DNA from: an uncultured Actinomycetes bacterium
Lineage (GTDB): Bacteria > Actinomycetota > UBA4738 > HRBIN12
Assembly (NCBI GenBank): GCA_964447335.1
Contig: CAYUSA010000003.1
Coordinates: 14,214-78,213, forward strand
Direction: 5' to 3'
DNA length: 64,000 bases
Part shown: in pieces, positions 34,999 to 45,107 of the stretch
Position numbering within the stretch: position 1 is the first letter of the stretch
How the letters are laid out: the number at the start of each line of letters is the position of its first letter
Program-made: the position numbers and the translations under genes
The notes under the pieces: generated by a model
Seen by the model: only the letters and a program-made list of their open reading frames with translations
Databases searched by the model: none
Told to the model about the DNA's origin: nothing

Positions 34999-36396
34999 CT
35001 ACCGTCTGATGTCCTGCTCGGCGGCCCAGGCGTCGAGGAGCGCGTAGGCCTCCTCTTCCTCGATGGGTCCGCGATCGAGGCGGAGCTGCATGAGGTGCTC
35101 GAGCGCGCGGCCGACGACCGGCCCGGGCTCGACGCCCAGGTGCTCCATCACCTGCTTGCCGTCGAGCGGTGGCCGCATCGCGTCGAGGTTCTCCTCCTCG
35201 GCCAGGCGCGCGATCCGCTCCTCGAGGTCGTCCTGCAGCGCGGCGAGCTGCTTGGCCTTGAACGGGTTCTGGGTCGTGCAGTCGGCGCGCGTGAGCTGGT
35301 TCAACCGGTCGAGGAGCGGGCCGGCGTCGCGGACGTAGCGGCGAACCGCGCTGTCGGACCACTCCGAGTAGCCGTGGAAGCGCAGGTGCATCTCGACGAG
35401 ATCGACCACGGCATCGACGACGGCGGATGGATACCGCAGCGCCGCGAGGCGCTCTCGCGCCATCCGCGCGCCGACGACCTCGTGGTGGTGGAACTGAGCG
35501 CCCTCCGGCGTGATCTCGCGCGTCCGTGGCTTGCCGACATCGTGCAGCATCGCCGCGAGGCGCAGCTCGAGGTCCGGCTCGCACCGCTCGATGACCGCGA
35601 GCGTGTGCCTGAACACGTCCTTGTGCCGGTGCACCGGGTCCTGCTCAAGCTCAAGCGCGGGGAGCTCGGGCACGAACAGCTCCGCGAGGCCAGTGGCGAC
35701 CACGATCCTCAAGCCGTTGCCGGCTCGTGTGCCGAGGAGCAGCTTCGACAGCTCGTCGCGGATGCGCTCGGCGGAGACGATCGACAGGCGCTCGCGCATC
35801 TCGCGGATCGCGGTGAGCACGCGCGGCGCCGGCGTCACGTCGATCTGGGCGGCGAACCTGGCGGCGCGCAGCATCCGCAGCGGGTCGTCGCTGAACGCGA
35901 GCTCGGGCTCGAGCGGTGTGTCGAGGCGTCTCGCCGCGAGGTCGCGCACGCCGCCGTGCGGGTCGACGAACGCCCCCTCCGGCAGCCGGACGGCCATCGC
36001 GTTGATCGTGAAGTCGCGGCGGGACAGGTCGGTGAGCACGTCCTTCGCGAAGGTCACCGAGGGCTTGCGGTGCTCCTCGTGGTAGACCTCGTTGCGGAAC
36101 GTCGTGATCTCGAACAGCGTGTCGCCCTTGCGCGCTCCGACGGTTCCGAACCGCACACCGACGAGGTACTGCCGGTCGGCCCACCCGCGCAGGATCCTCG
36201 TGGTCTCTCGCGGCAGTGCGTCGGTCGCGAGGTCGAGCTCGGCGTCCGGGCGCACCTGACCGAGGAGCAGGTCGCGCACGACGCCACCCACCAGATACAG
36301 CTCACGCCCGGCCAGGCGGAACCGTTCGCCGAGCTCGATGGCGATGGGGGGGACCTCGAGGACCGCGCCGGGGTCCGGGCGCGTGGGCTCGGTCAT
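34999..36396 (-). CDS. cca: CCA tRNA nucleotidyltransferase (Pol-beta NTase head plus HD domain)
   Basis: Motifs GGVVRDLLLG..DLDLAT, RRDFTINAMA and HD-domain HRHKDVFRHTL..HDVGKP. Confidence 0.85.
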   Translation of the reverse strand: MTEPTRPDPGAVLEVPPIAIELGERFRLAGRELYLVGGVVRDLLLGQVRPDAELDLATDALPRETTRILRGWADRQYLVGVRFGTVGARKGDTLFEITTFRNEVYHEEHRKPSVTFAKDVLTDLSRRDFTINAMAVRLPEGAFVDPHGGVRDLAARRLDTPLEPELAFSDDPLRMLRAARFAAQIDVTPAPRVLTAIREMRERLSIVSAERIRDELSKLLLGTRAGNGLRIVVATGLAELFVPELPALELEQDPVHRHKDVFRHTLAVIERCEPDLELRLAAMLHDVGKPRTREITPEGAQFHHHEVVGARMARERLAALRYPSAVVDAVVDLVEMHLRFHGYSEWSDSAVRRYVRDAGPLLDRLNQLTRADCTTQNPFKAKQLAALQDDLEERIARLAEEENLDAMRPPLDGKQVMEHLGVEPGPVVGRALEHLMQLRLDRGPIEEEEAYALLDAWAAEQDIRR

Positions 36397-36504
36397 GACG
36401 CCCTGCAGGATACCCCCGCGGCCCTTCCGGCCTGCGGTACACCACATCCGCCGGTCGATGGCGCGGGGCCCGTTGTTCGTGCCCGTCTACCTCGAGCTGC
36501 TGCC

Positions 36505-37593
36505 TTAGGTGAGGGTCGGCTCGCCGCGGGTGAGCACGCCGCGGAGCGCGAGGTTGAAGTCGTGCGGGTTCGTCGCGGTCCTCCGCGCGTCGTCCTCGGT
36601 GATCAGTCCGCCCTTCACGAGCTTGACGAGCGCCTGGTCGAACGTCTGCATGCCGTAGAAGTCGCCCTCGGCGATGACGTCCAGGATCTCCTCGGTCGCG
36701 CTCGGATCGGCGATGCGGTCGAACACGCGCCCCGTCGCGACGAGCACCTCGACGGCCGGGACCCGGCCCTTGCCGTCGGCGCGCGGCACGAGCCGCTGCG
36801 ACACGATGCCCCGCAGCGCGCCCGCGAACGACGTGCGGACCTCGCGCTGCTGCTGTGGGGGGAACAGGTCCAGGATGCGGTTGATCGTCTCGGTGCAGTC
36901 GATCGTATGGAGCGTCGAGATGACGAGGTGCCCGGTCTCGGCCGCCTGGATCGCCGAGAGCGCGGACTCCGGGTCGCGGATCTCGCCGACGAAGATCACG
37001 TCGGGGTCCTGCCGCACGACGTGCTTCAGCGCGGCGGCGTAGCTCTCGGTGTCGAATCCGACCTCGCGCTGCTGGATGATCGAAAGGTCGTCGTCGTGCA
37101 CGACCTCGATCGGGTCCTCGATCGTCACGATGTGCGCGCGCCGGGTCCGGTTGATGTGGCCGATCATCGAGGCGATCGTCGTCGTCTTGCCCGTCCCCGT
37201 CGGCCCCGTGACGAGCACGAGCCCGCGGGGCGACCCGGCGAGCGTGCCGATCACGGGCGGCAGCAGGAGCTCCTCGATCGTCGGGATCTCAGATCGCACC
37301 CTGCGGATCGCGAGACCGACCATCGTGCGCTGGCGGAACACGTTGACGCGGAACCGGCCGACGCCCGGCAGCGTGTAGCCGAAGTCGGCCTCGTGCGAGG
37401 TCTCGAACTCGCGGCGCTTGTGGTCGGGCATCAGGGCGGCCGCGAACGCCTCCGACTCCGCGGCTGAGAGCGCGGGGTACGGGCTCGGCTGGAGCTCCCC
37501 GTCCACACGGATGAACGGGACATTGCCGGCCTTGAGATGGAGGTCGCTCGCCCCCATCTCGACCGTGTAGCGCAGCAGATCGGCGACATCCAT
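36505..37593 (-). CDS. pilT: Type IV pilus retraction ATPase PilT
   Basis: Motifs ASDLHL, Walker A GPTGTGKTTT, and HIVTIEDPIE..VGEIRD. PilT-type C-terminal AIRRL-like segment. Confidence 0.85.
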   Translation of the reverse strand: MDVADLLRYTVEMGASDLHLKAGNVPFIRVDGELQPSPYPALSAAESEAFAAALMPDHKRREFETSHEADFGYTLPGVGRFRVNVFRQRTMVGLAIRRVRSEIPTIEELLLPPVIGTLAGSPRGLVLVTGPTGTGKTTTIASMIGHINRTRRAHIVTIEDPIEVVHDDDLSIIQQREVGFDTESYAAALKHVVRQDPDVIFVGEIRDPESALSAIQAAETGHLVISTLHTIDCTETINRILDLFPPQQQREVRTSFAGALRGIVSQRLVPRADGKGRVPAVEVLVATGRVFDRIADPSATEEILDVIAEGDFYGMQTFDQALVKLVKGGLITEDDARRTATNPHDFNLALRGVLTRGEPTLT

Positions 37594-37596
37594 CGG

Positions 37597-38295
37597 CTAT
37601 CCCTGGTCCTCGCTCGGCTCCCGGTCGTGCTCGAGCTCGTGCTCGAGCTCGAGGTGTTCACGGATCTCCTCGACATCCTCCTTGAGTTCTCGGCGCGCGG
37701 CGAGCAACTTTGAGCCTCCGATGAGGACCAGCAGGACCACGAGCAGTCCGAGGCCGATCGGCGTGAGGTACTTCTCCCAGCGCTCGTAGCTCGCGCCGAG
37801 CGCGTAGCCGAGGAGCGTGTGGCCGACCCCCCAGATGGCGGCGCCGGCCACGTCGTAGACGATGAAGCGCCGCCACTCCATGTGCGCGACGCCCGCGACG
37901 ATGAACCCGACGCTCCGCACGACCGGGATGAACCGGCCGAGGAACACCGTCTTGCCACCGTGCTCCTCGTAGTAGCGCTCGGCCGTCTCGAGGCGCTTGG
38001 GCGTGACGAGGACCTTGCGGCCGTGACGCTCGAGGAAGCCTCGACCGAACCGGCGGCCGATCCAGAAGCCGACGTTGTCCCCCGCGATCGCGCCCACGAC
38101 GACCACGACCATCAGGAGCGGGAGCCAGAGGTCACCGACGCGCGCATAGAATCCGCCGATGATGACCAGAGTCTCCCCGGGCACGACGACACCCGCGCCC
38201 ACGGAGTTCTCCAGGAACGTGGCCGCCCCCACGATCATGTAGCCCCAGGGCGCTTCGAGGTACGGACGGAGGAAATCGATGATCCGGTCGAGCAC
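37597..38295 (-). CDS. DedA/SNARE-associated (VTT domain) membrane protein
   Basis: Probable GTG start at 38295. DedA signature FLENSVGAGVVVPGETLVIIGGF...GRFIPVVRSVGFIVAGV. A TATACT -10-like box lies 9 nt upstream of the GTG. The long ORF upstream of 38295 is non-protein-like. Confidence 0.7.
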   Translation of the reverse strand: MLDRIIDFLRPYLEAPWGYMIVGAATFLENSVGAGVVVPGETLVIIGGFYARVGDLWLPLLMVVVVVGAIAGDNVGFWIGRRFGRGFLERHGRKVLVTPKRLETAERYYEEHGGKTVFLGRFIPVVRSVGFIVAGVAHMEWRRFIVYDVAGAAIWGVGHTLLGYALGASYERWEKYLTPIGLGLLVVLLVLIGGSKLLAARRELKEDVEEIREHLELEHELEHDREPSEDQG

Positions 38296-38331
38296 GGCGC
38301 CCCAGTATAGGGAAGGGCACCCCGGGGCCTG

Positions 38332-38757
38332 ATGGAGACCAAGCGCGAGGTCTCGGCGGGCGGGGTCGTCTACCGGCGCAAGCGCGGGCGGATCCAGGTG
38401 GCGCTCGCGGCCCGGCGCACCCGGCGCGGAGACCTCGTCTGGGGGCTGCCGAAGGGCGGGATCGAGCCCGGCGAGGATCTCGAGGCCGCTGCCCTGCGCG
38501 AGGTGCTCGAGGAGACCGGCCTGCGGGCCGTGATCGAGGACGGTCTGGGCGACATCCGCTACTTCTACGTGTGGGAGGGCGTGCGGATCCGCAAGCTGGT
38601 GCACTTCTTCCTCATGCGCGCGACCGGCGGCGACGTCGCCGACCACGACGAGGAGATGGAAGACGTGCGTTGGTTCGCCCTCGACCGCGGCGTCGAGGAG
38701 GCAGCGTACAAGGGCGAGCGTCAGGTCCTCGAGCGCGCCGTCGAGCGACTCACGTGA
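38332..38757 (+). CDS. NUDIX hydrolase
   Basis: Nudix box [26 protein letters not shown]. Confidence 0.8.
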   Translation: METKREVSAGGVVYRRKRGRIQVALAARRTRRGDLVWGLPKGGIEPGEDLEAAALREVLEETGLRAVIEDGLGDIRYFYVWEGVRIRKLVHFFLMRATGGDVADHDEEMEDVRWFALDRGVEEAAYKGERQVLERAVERLT

Positions 38758-39530
38758 GCGGTCTCCAGGCGGTACTCGGCGTCGTCGCCGGGTTCGTGGC
38801 CGGGGTGCTCTCGGGCGTGTTCGGCGTGGGCGGCGGCATCGTCACGACACCGACGGTGAACGTGCTCCTCGGGGGCACGGCGATCCAGGCCATCGCGACG
38901 CCCTTGCCGGTCATCTTCCCGACCTCGCTCGTCGGCGCGTACGCCTACGCGAGGGCAGGCGAGGTCAGCTTCCGCGCCGCCCGCTGGGCGATCGGTCCCG
39001 GGATCCTCGGGGCGATCCTCGGCGCGTTCCTCACCGAGAAGGTGAACGCCCACGTCCTGCTCCTGATCACGGCTCTGCTCATCGGCTCGACCGCTATCCA
39101 GGTCGTCCGCGGGCGCGCGCCGAAGGCGCCGTGGGTGAAGGGCGAGACACCCGGCTGGAAGTACGGGGCGATCGGCTTGGTCGCCGGAGGTGTCTCGGGG
39201 CTGCTCGGCGTCGGGGGCGGGATCGTGATGGTGCCCGCGTTCACCGTCCTGCTCGGGATGCCGCTGAAGCGGGCCCTCGGCACGTCGCTCGTGGTCATCG
39301 CGGCCCTCGTCGTGCCCGGGACCTTTGTGCACTGGGCGCTCGGCCACATCGACTGGACGATCTTCCTCGTGCTCACGCTCGGTGTGATCCCCGGCGCGAG
39401 GCTCGGCGCCCGGCTCGCCCTCGGCGCGCGAGAGCACGTGCTCCGCATGGCCGTCGGCTCGTTCCTGCTGGTCGTCGCCGCCGCCTACGGCGCGTCCGAG
39501 CTCTCCCAGGTGCTCTCGGGCCGAGGGTAG
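38754..39530 (+). CDS. Sulfite exporter TauE/SafE family membrane protein
   Basis: The GTG overlaps the NUDIX stop. Duplicated TauE motifs [13 protein letters not shown] and [14 protein letters not shown]. Confidence 0.8.
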   Translation: MSGLQAVLGVVAGFVAGVLSGVFGVGGGIVTTPTVNVLLGGTAIQAIATPLPVIFPTSLVGAYAYARAGEVSFRAARWAIGPGILGAILGAFLTEKVNAHVLLLITALLIGSTAIQVVRGRAPKAPWVKGETPGWKYGAIGLVAGGVSGLLGVGGGIVMVPAFTVLLGMPLKRALGTSLVVIAALVVPGTFVHWALGHIDWTIFLVLTLGVIPGARLGARLALGAREHVLRMAVGSFLLVVAAAYGASELSQVLSGRG

Positions 39531-39531
39531 G

Positions 39532-41577
39532 ATGGCCACGCCGATGCGCCGGCTCGCCGCCCTGCTTCCCGCCGTCGTCCTGCTCGTCCTGGCGGCGACC
39601 CCCGCGGCTGCCCAGTCCACGAGCCCCTCGCCCTCGCTCGCGACCGTGCGGCTCGAGCTCCTGGAGCAGACGCCGTGGAGCACACCCGAGACCCCGATGG
39701 TCGCGCTCTCCTTCCGCGCCACCAACCTGACCGACCGGACCCTGCGCACGCTCACGATCGGCGTCACCCTGTTCGGCCCGGTGCTGTCCCGGACCTCGTA
39801 CGAGGAGTCGTTGCTCGCCGACCCCGATCCAGCCGTCGTCGTCGAGGCGGAGACGCTCGCGCGGGAGGGGTCCATCGAGCCGGGCGGGAGCCGCGTGTTC
39901 GAGCTCGAGCTCACCCTCGATGCGACGGGGATCGACCAGACGAGCTCGGGCATCTACCCGCTCAAGGTGGACCTGCGGAGCGACGGCGTGTCGCTCGCCG
40001 CCATCCGAACCCCCGTGATCAACCTGGTCCGCACGCCCGAGCAACCACTCACGCTCTCGTGGACGCTCGTGCTGCACCAGCCGATCGCGTTCCGTCCCGA
40101 CGGCGTCTTCACGACCACGGCGCTCGAGGACGAGCTCGCGCCCGGGGGCAGGCTCGCCGGGCAGACGCGCGCGCTCGCCGAGCTCGCCACGACCGGCTCG
40201 GCTGCGGTGGACGTCGCAGTCTCCCCGGTCCTGCTCACCCAGCTCGCCCGCATGCGCGACGGGTACACGGTCACCGAGCCCGACGGCCTGCGCGAGGTCG
40301 AGCAGGGCAAGGGTGGCGCGGCGCTGGCAGGCGCGGCGCTGGCATCCCTCCGCGCGGCGATGACGTCGTCGCGGATCGAGCTCTCGGCGCTGCCGTTCGC
40401 CGCGCCGCAGATCCCCTCGCTGATCTCGGGCGGGCTCGCTCGCGACCTCGACGACCAGCTCGTCCGCGGGCGCGACGTGGTCGGCGCGTTCCTCCAGGCG
40501 ACGCCGGATCCCACGGTCCTGCGCCCGCCCGGCGGAGCGCTGGACGAGGCCACCCTGGACGCGCTCGACGAGCGCGGGGTGAGCGTGCTCCTGCTCGACG
40601 CCGGAACCGTCGAGACGCCGCTGCAGCCCCTCGGCTTCGCGGCGCCGCCCGTCACCAGCCTCCGCGAGGACGGCGGGATCGTGGGCGTCCTCCCGGACCC
40701 GGCCGTGGCCGCACTGCTCGCGTCGCCGCTCGTCGCGCAGGATCCGGTCCTCGGCGCGCAGGCGGTGCTCGGTGAGCTCGCGGCGATCTGGCAGGAGCAG
40801 CCGGGACAGGCGCGAGGGCTCGCGATGGTCCTTCCCGAGAGCCTCGACCTGCCCGGCGGGTTCTACGCGCTCCTCGCCCGCGGCGTCGCCGCCGCCCCGT
40901 GGCTCCACCCGGTCACGGCGCGCGACCTCGTGGCCGCCTTCCCGCCGGGGAACCCGGACGCGCTCGCCGTGTCGGCCCCGGCCTCGTTCGGCTCGACGTA
41001 CGTGGACGAGCTGAAGCAGACCCGCCGCCGGATCGACGTCTACCGCTCGATGCTCGTCGACGAGAGCCTCGAGCCCGACCGGCTCGATACCGAGCTCCTG
41101 CTCGCCGAGTCAGGCGATTTCCTCCAGGATCCGACCGCCGGCTTCACGTTCGTCTCGGCGGCAAGCAGCCGACTCGACGGGGTCTTCGGCGCCGTCCGGG
41201 CCGACGCCGGCGACATCGTCACGCTCACCTCGCGCTCCGGCGCCAACATCCCGGTTCGCGTGACGAGCGATGCCGAGGAGCGCCTGCGCGTCGAGGTGAC
41301 GCTCGTCTCGCAGCACCTGATCGGGTCGCCGCGACAGGAGCTCGTGCTCGACGCCGGCGACACCCGCACGCTCACTTTCGACGTCGACCTGAAGACGACG
41401 GGCCGGTTCCCCGTGCTCGTGCAGGTCGTCGCGCCGAACGGGCGGGTCATCAACGGGACGTCGGTGGTCGTCCGCTCGACGGCGTACAGCCGCATCGCCC
41501 TCATCATCACGATCGCGGCCGCGCTCGCGCTCGTGCTCGCGTGGGTGAGGAGGTTCCTGCCACGGCGGACGACCTGA
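39532..41577 (+). CDS. Conserved actinobacterial secreted protein of the Rv3909-like (DUF6049) family located upstream of murJ
   Basis: N-terminal signal peptide, a long predicted extracytoplasmic region and a C-terminal TM anchor (IALIITIAAALALVLAWVRRF). Its position next to murJ matches mycobacteria. The family name is from memory. Confidence 0.5.
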   Translation: MATPMRRLAALLPAVVLLVLAATPAAAQSTSPSPSLATVRLELLEQTPWSTPETPMVALSFRATNLTDRTLRTLTIGVTLFGPVLSRTSYEESLLADPDPAVVVEAETLAREGSIEPGGSRVFELELTLDATGIDQTSSGIYPLKVDLRSDGVSLAAIRTPVINLVRTPEQPLTLSWTLVLHQPIAFRPDGVFTTTALEDELAPGGRLAGQTRALAELATTGSAAVDVAVSPVLLTQLARMRDGYTVTEPDGLREVEQGKGGAALAGAALASLRAAMTSSRIELSALPFAAPQIPSLISGGLARDLDDQLVRGRDVVGAFLQATPDPTVLRPPGGALDEATLDALDERGVSVLLLDAGTVETPLQPLGFAAPPVTSLREDGGIVGVLPDPAVAALLASPLVAQDPVLGAQAVLGELAAIWQEQPGQARGLAMVLPESLDLPGGFYALLARGVAAAPWLHPVTARDLVAAFPPGNPDALAVSAPASFGSTYVDELKQTRRRIDVYRSMLVDESLEPDRLDTELLLAESGDFLQDPTAGFTFVSAASSRLDGVFGAVRADAGDIVTLTSRSGANIPVRVTSDAEERLRVEVTLVSQHLIGSPRQELVLDAGDTRTLTFDVDLKTTGRFPVLVQVVAPNGRVINGTSVVVRSTAYSRIALIITIAAALALVLAWVRRFLPRRTT

Positions 41578-41651
41578 CGCCGCGCGAGAACCTCACCCCC
41601 GGCTCGCCGGAGACGGCCGAGCTGCGGCCGGAGGACTCCACCTCGGCCTTC

Positions 41652-43247
41652 GTGCGGAACACCGCCGTGATGGCCGTCGGGACGAGCCTGTCCCGCCTGA
41701 CCGGGTTCCTGCGCGTCGCCGCGATGGCGTTCGCGCTCGGCATCACCGAGACCCGACTCGCGGACGCCTACAACATCGCGAACACGACCCCGAACATCGT
41801 CTACGAGCTCGCGCTCGGCGGGGTGCTGTCCTCGGTCCTCGTGCCGGTGTTCGTCGAGTGGATGCAGACCCGCGGTCGAGCGGCCGCCTGGGAGGTCGCT
41901 CGCAAGCTGTTCACGCTCGCGCTCGTCGCGCTGACGGCGATCGCGGTCGTCGCCATCTTGCTGGCGCCCTGGATCGTCCGGCTCTACACGATCCGGATCG
42001 GGGCCGGCCAGGAGGCGACGCGCGAGCTCGCGACCTTCTTCCTGCGCTGGTTCATGCCCCAGATCGTCTTCTATGGGCTCGGTGCGGTCGGGGGCGCGCT
42101 CCTCAACGCCGACCGGCGGTTCGCCGCACCGATGTTCGCGCCGATCGCCAACAACCTCATCGCGATAGCGACGTTCCTCGTCTTCGCCGCGATGCCCGGG
42201 CCGGCCGCGGGCTCGGGCGAGCTTGCGACGGGCGCGCAGCAGCTCGTGCTCGCGATCGGCACGACGCTCGGCGTCGCCGGGATGACCGTCGCGCTGTGGC
42301 CGGTGCTCCGCGCGACCGGGTTCCGTTTCGCCTGGCGGCTCCCGCGGCACGATGAGGCGGTCTCGAGGATCGTGCGGCTCGCGGGCTGGGTGGTCGTCTA
42401 CGTGGCCGCGAACCAGGCAGGGTACCTGCTCGTGCTCGTGCTCGCGATCGGCACGACGCGGGGTGGGTACGCGGTGTACGGGGCGGCGTTCATCATCTTC
42501 CAGCTCCCGCACGCGATCTTCACCGTGTCGGTCGTCACCGCGCTCGTGCCCGCGATGTCCTCGCGATGGTCCGACGGCGACGTCGACGGCTTCCGTGCGC
42601 TCCTCGCGAGGGGGATCCGCGCGACGGCCGCGATCGTGATCCCGGCGGCGCTCGGGTACCTGGTCATCGGGCGGGACATCGTGCGCCTGCTGCTCGAGCA
42701 CGGTGCAACCGAAGCGCGCAGCGGCGATCTCGTCGCCCAGGTGCTCGCGTTCTTCGCGATCGGCCTGTTCGCGTTCTCGACGTTCCAGCTCCTGCTCCGC
42801 GCCTTCTACTCGATGCAGGACACGCGCACGCCGGCGCTCATCAACATCGCGGCCTTCGCGGTGAACGCCGGCGCGAACCTCCTGTACGTGTTCGTGTTCG
42901 ATCTCGGCGTGCGAGGGCTCGCGCTCGGCCACGCCACCTCGTACATCTTCGCCTCGGTCGTTGCCCTCGCCGTGCTGCGGCGTAGGCTCGATGGACTCGA
43001 GGGTGCGAGCATCGGCGCGAGCATCGCCCGCACGCTCCTGGCCGGAGGCGTCACGGCGCTCGCGGCGTGGGGGACGGCGAAGCTCGTCGGCGGGTGGCTC
43101 GGCACGGCGGGGCTCGCGGCGCGGTCGGTGCAGGTGCTCGCGGCCGTCGGTGCGGGGCTCGCGGTGTTCCTGGTCGCAGCGCTCATCTTCCGGATCGAGG
43201 AGGTCGATACGGTGAGGAAGCAACTCACGGCGAGGTGGCGACGGTGA
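41652..43247 (+). CDS. murJ: Lipid II flippase MurJ (MviN). Alternative in-frame starts are at 41541, 41667 and 41670.
   Basis: The N-terminus VRNTAVMAVGTSLSRLTGFLRVAAMAFALG matches the MurJ signature, with 14 TMs. It ends at a TGA that overlaps the next GTG. Confidence 0.85.
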   Translation: MRNTAVMAVGTSLSRLTGFLRVAAMAFALGITETRLADAYNIANTTPNIVYELALGGVLSSVLVPVFVEWMQTRGRAAAWEVARKLFTLALVALTAIAVVAILLAPWIVRLYTIRIGAGQEATRELATFFLRWFMPQIVFYGLGAVGGALLNADRRFAAPMFAPIANNLIAIATFLVFAAMPGPAAGSGELATGAQQLVLAIGTTLGVAGMTVALWPVLRATGFRFAWRLPRHDEAVSRIVRLAGWVVVYVAANQAGYLLVLVLAIGTTRGGYAVYGAAFIIFQLPHAIFTVSVVTALVPAMSSRWSDGDVDGFRALLARGIRATAAIVIPAALGYLVIGRDIVRLLLEHGATEARSGDLVAQVLAFFAIGLFAFSTFQLLLRAFYSMQDTRTPALINIAAFAVNAGANLLYVFVFDLGVRGLALGHATSYIFASVVALAVLRRRLDGLEGASIGASIARTLLAGGVTALAAWGTAKLVGGWLGTAGLAARSVQVLAAVGAGLAVFLVAALIFRIEEVDTVRKQLTARWRR

Positions 43248-43657
43248 ACCGGCTCCGCGCGATGGCGGCCGACGAGCGAGGTCTCCTCGGCAAGATCCTT
43301 GTCCTGTGGATCGTCCTCGCGGTCCTGTTCGCGCTCGTGGCCATCGACGCGGCGCAGATCCTCTACGCCCGTTACAAGGTCTCCGACGCCGCACAGACCG
43401 CGGCGTTCGAGGCCGCCTCGAAGCTCCGCGACACCCATGACCGCGAGGTCGCCTACCAGGCCGCGCTCGACGTCGTCGCGGAAGCGGGCGGCGGCGCCCG
43501 CATCCCCGCGGACGGGTTCGTGATCGATGCGACGACGGGACAGGTCACCGTGACGGTCACGAGGAAGGTCTCCACGCTCCTCGTCGGTCGGTTCGGGCTC
43601 CTGAAGGACCTGAAGAAGGCCAGGGCGGTCGAGACGTCCGAACCTCCCGCGCCCTGA
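43244..43657 (+). CDS. Small membrane protein with N-terminal TM helix (TadE-like pilus-assembly protein?), hypothetical
   Basis: N-terminal TM plus a following Ala-rich segment (KILVLWIVLAVLFALVAIDAAQILYARYKVSDAAQTAAFEAASKL), resembling TadE/TadG N-termini. Translationally coupled to murJ. Confidence 0.4.
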   Translation: MNRLRAMAADERGLLGKILVLWIVLAVLFALVAIDAAQILYARYKVSDAAQTAAFEAASKLRDTHDREVAYQAALDVVAEAGGGARIPADGFVIDATTGQVTVTVTRKVSTLLVGRFGLLKDLKKARAVETSEPPAP

Positions 43658-43700
43658 CGTCCTGGCCGGAGGCACGCCCGGCCGGGCATACACTGCCCGC

Positions 43701-45107
43701 GTGCAGACCGAGCGGCCGACGGAGATGCTCGCGGGGCGCTACGCCCTGGAGGAGGAGCTCGGCCGCTCCGGCACCGGGATGGTGTGGCGCGCGGTCGACA
43801 CCGTGCTCGAGCGCTCGGTCGCGATCAAGGTAGTGCAGCCCGTGCTCGCCGACGATCCCGCGTTCGCCGCCCGCCTGGCCGAGGACGTGCGCAAGACCGC
43901 GGCCGCCTCGGGACCCGGGCTCGTCCGACTCCTCGACAGCGGCGCCGAGCGCGGCGCGTCCTTCCTCGTCCGCGAGCACGTCCCCGGTGAGAGCCTCCGC
44001 GCGCGCCTGGAGCGCAACGGTGCGCTCACGCCCGCGGAGGCCGCGGAGCTCGGGGCAACGATCGCCGACGCGCTCGCCGCGGCGCACCGCGGGGGCGTCC
44101 TGCACCTCGCGGTGAAGCCGGAGAACGTCCTGCTCGGCCGCGACGGGCGAGCGCACCTCGCCGATCTCGGTCTCGGGGCCGCGATCCGGGCGTCCCGCCC
44201 GTCGGCGGAGGCGACCCTCCTGCTCTCGCCGACCCCCGAGCCGCCCGAGCTCGCCACGGGCAACGAGCCCGACCAGCGAACCGACGGGTTCCTCGCGGGA
44301 GCCCTGCTGTTCGAGGCGCTCACCGGGCGAGTACCGTCGCCCGGTGAGCGCTCGCCGCGCGCGGTGCGTCCGGAGGTGCCCCGGGCGCTCGACGCAGCCG
44401 TCGTCCGGGCGCTCGCGCCGGACCCCGCCGAGCGCCACACGGACCTCGCGGCCCTCGCCACCGCCCTCCGCGAGGTCCAAGGCGAGCCGGCCACGACCGC
44501 CGCTCCCCGGACCGTCGGTCACACGCTGAGGAGCTGGCTGCTCGTGCCGGCGCTCGTGGTGCTCGCGGCGGCGGTCGCGATCGCCGTCGGCGTGTGGCTC
44601 GGGCGTCTCGAGCTCGGAGGTCCACTCGGCGTCCGCCCGAAGGGCGAGCCCGCGAGCCCCCCGGCGCCCCTCGCCGAGATGGTGCTGCCATTCGTCGCGG
44701 TCTCGGCGTTCGATCCGCTCGGCGACGGCGTCGAGAACGGCTCGGGCGCGCCGCTCGCGATCGACGGCGACGGCTCGACGGCCTGGCGCTCCGAGAACTA
44801 CTTCGATGCCGAGCTCAACAAGCCCGGCGTCGGCCTGCTGTTCGATCTCGGGCGGAGCCGAAGCGTGACCGGGTTCCGGCTGCAGGTCCCGCACGCCGGC
44901 TACACGTTCGGGGTCGCCGTCGCTGACGATCCCGACGCGCTCGTCGAGGCCGCGACGGCCGCGTACACGGCCGCCTCCACCATGCGAGAGGCGATCGACC
45001 CGGTGACGGGACGCTACGTGCTGCTGTGGATCACCTCGGTCGTGGACGCCGGCGATGGCAACCGGGCCGAGGTCGCCGAGTTCGAGGTGGTCGGCCCCGA
45101 TGCCTGA
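43701..45107 (+). CDS. Membrane-spanning pseudokinase with an extracellular F5/8-type-C (discoidin)-like domain, equivalent to the C-terminal half of mycobacterial MviN
   Basis: Kinase fold, but the catalytic loop is HLAVKPEN (Asp replaced by Ala). A single TM (LLVPALVVLAAAVAIAVGVWL) follows, then GDGSTAWRSE...GVGLLFDLGRSRSVTGFRLQ. Confidence 0.7.
   Translation: MQTERPTEMLAGRYALEEELGRSGTGMVWRAVDTVLERSVAIKVVQPVLADDPAFAARLAEDVRKTAAASGPGLVRLLDSGAERGASFLVREHVPGESLRARLERNGALTPAEAAELGATIADALAAAHRGGVLHLAVKPENVLLGRDGRAHLADLGLGAAIRASRPSAEATLLLSPTPEPPELATGNEPDQRTDGFLAGALLFEALTGRVPSPGERSPRAVRPEVPRALDAAVVRALAPDPAERHTDLAALATALREVQGEPATTAAPRTVGHTLRSWLLVPALVVLAAAVAIAVGVWLGRLELGGPLGVRPKGEPASPPAPLAEMVLPFVAVSAFDPLGDGVENGSGAPLAIDGDGSTAWRSENYFDAELNKPGVGLLFDLGRSRSVTGFRLQVPHAGYTFGVAVADDPDALVEAATAAYTAASTMREAIDPVTGRYVLLWITSVVDAGDGNRAEVAEFEVVGPDA

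Noticed and set aside
34657-37467. 936-aa ORF on the + strand
   Set aside because: Antisense to cca and pilT. It is a low-complexity, Arg-rich artefact.
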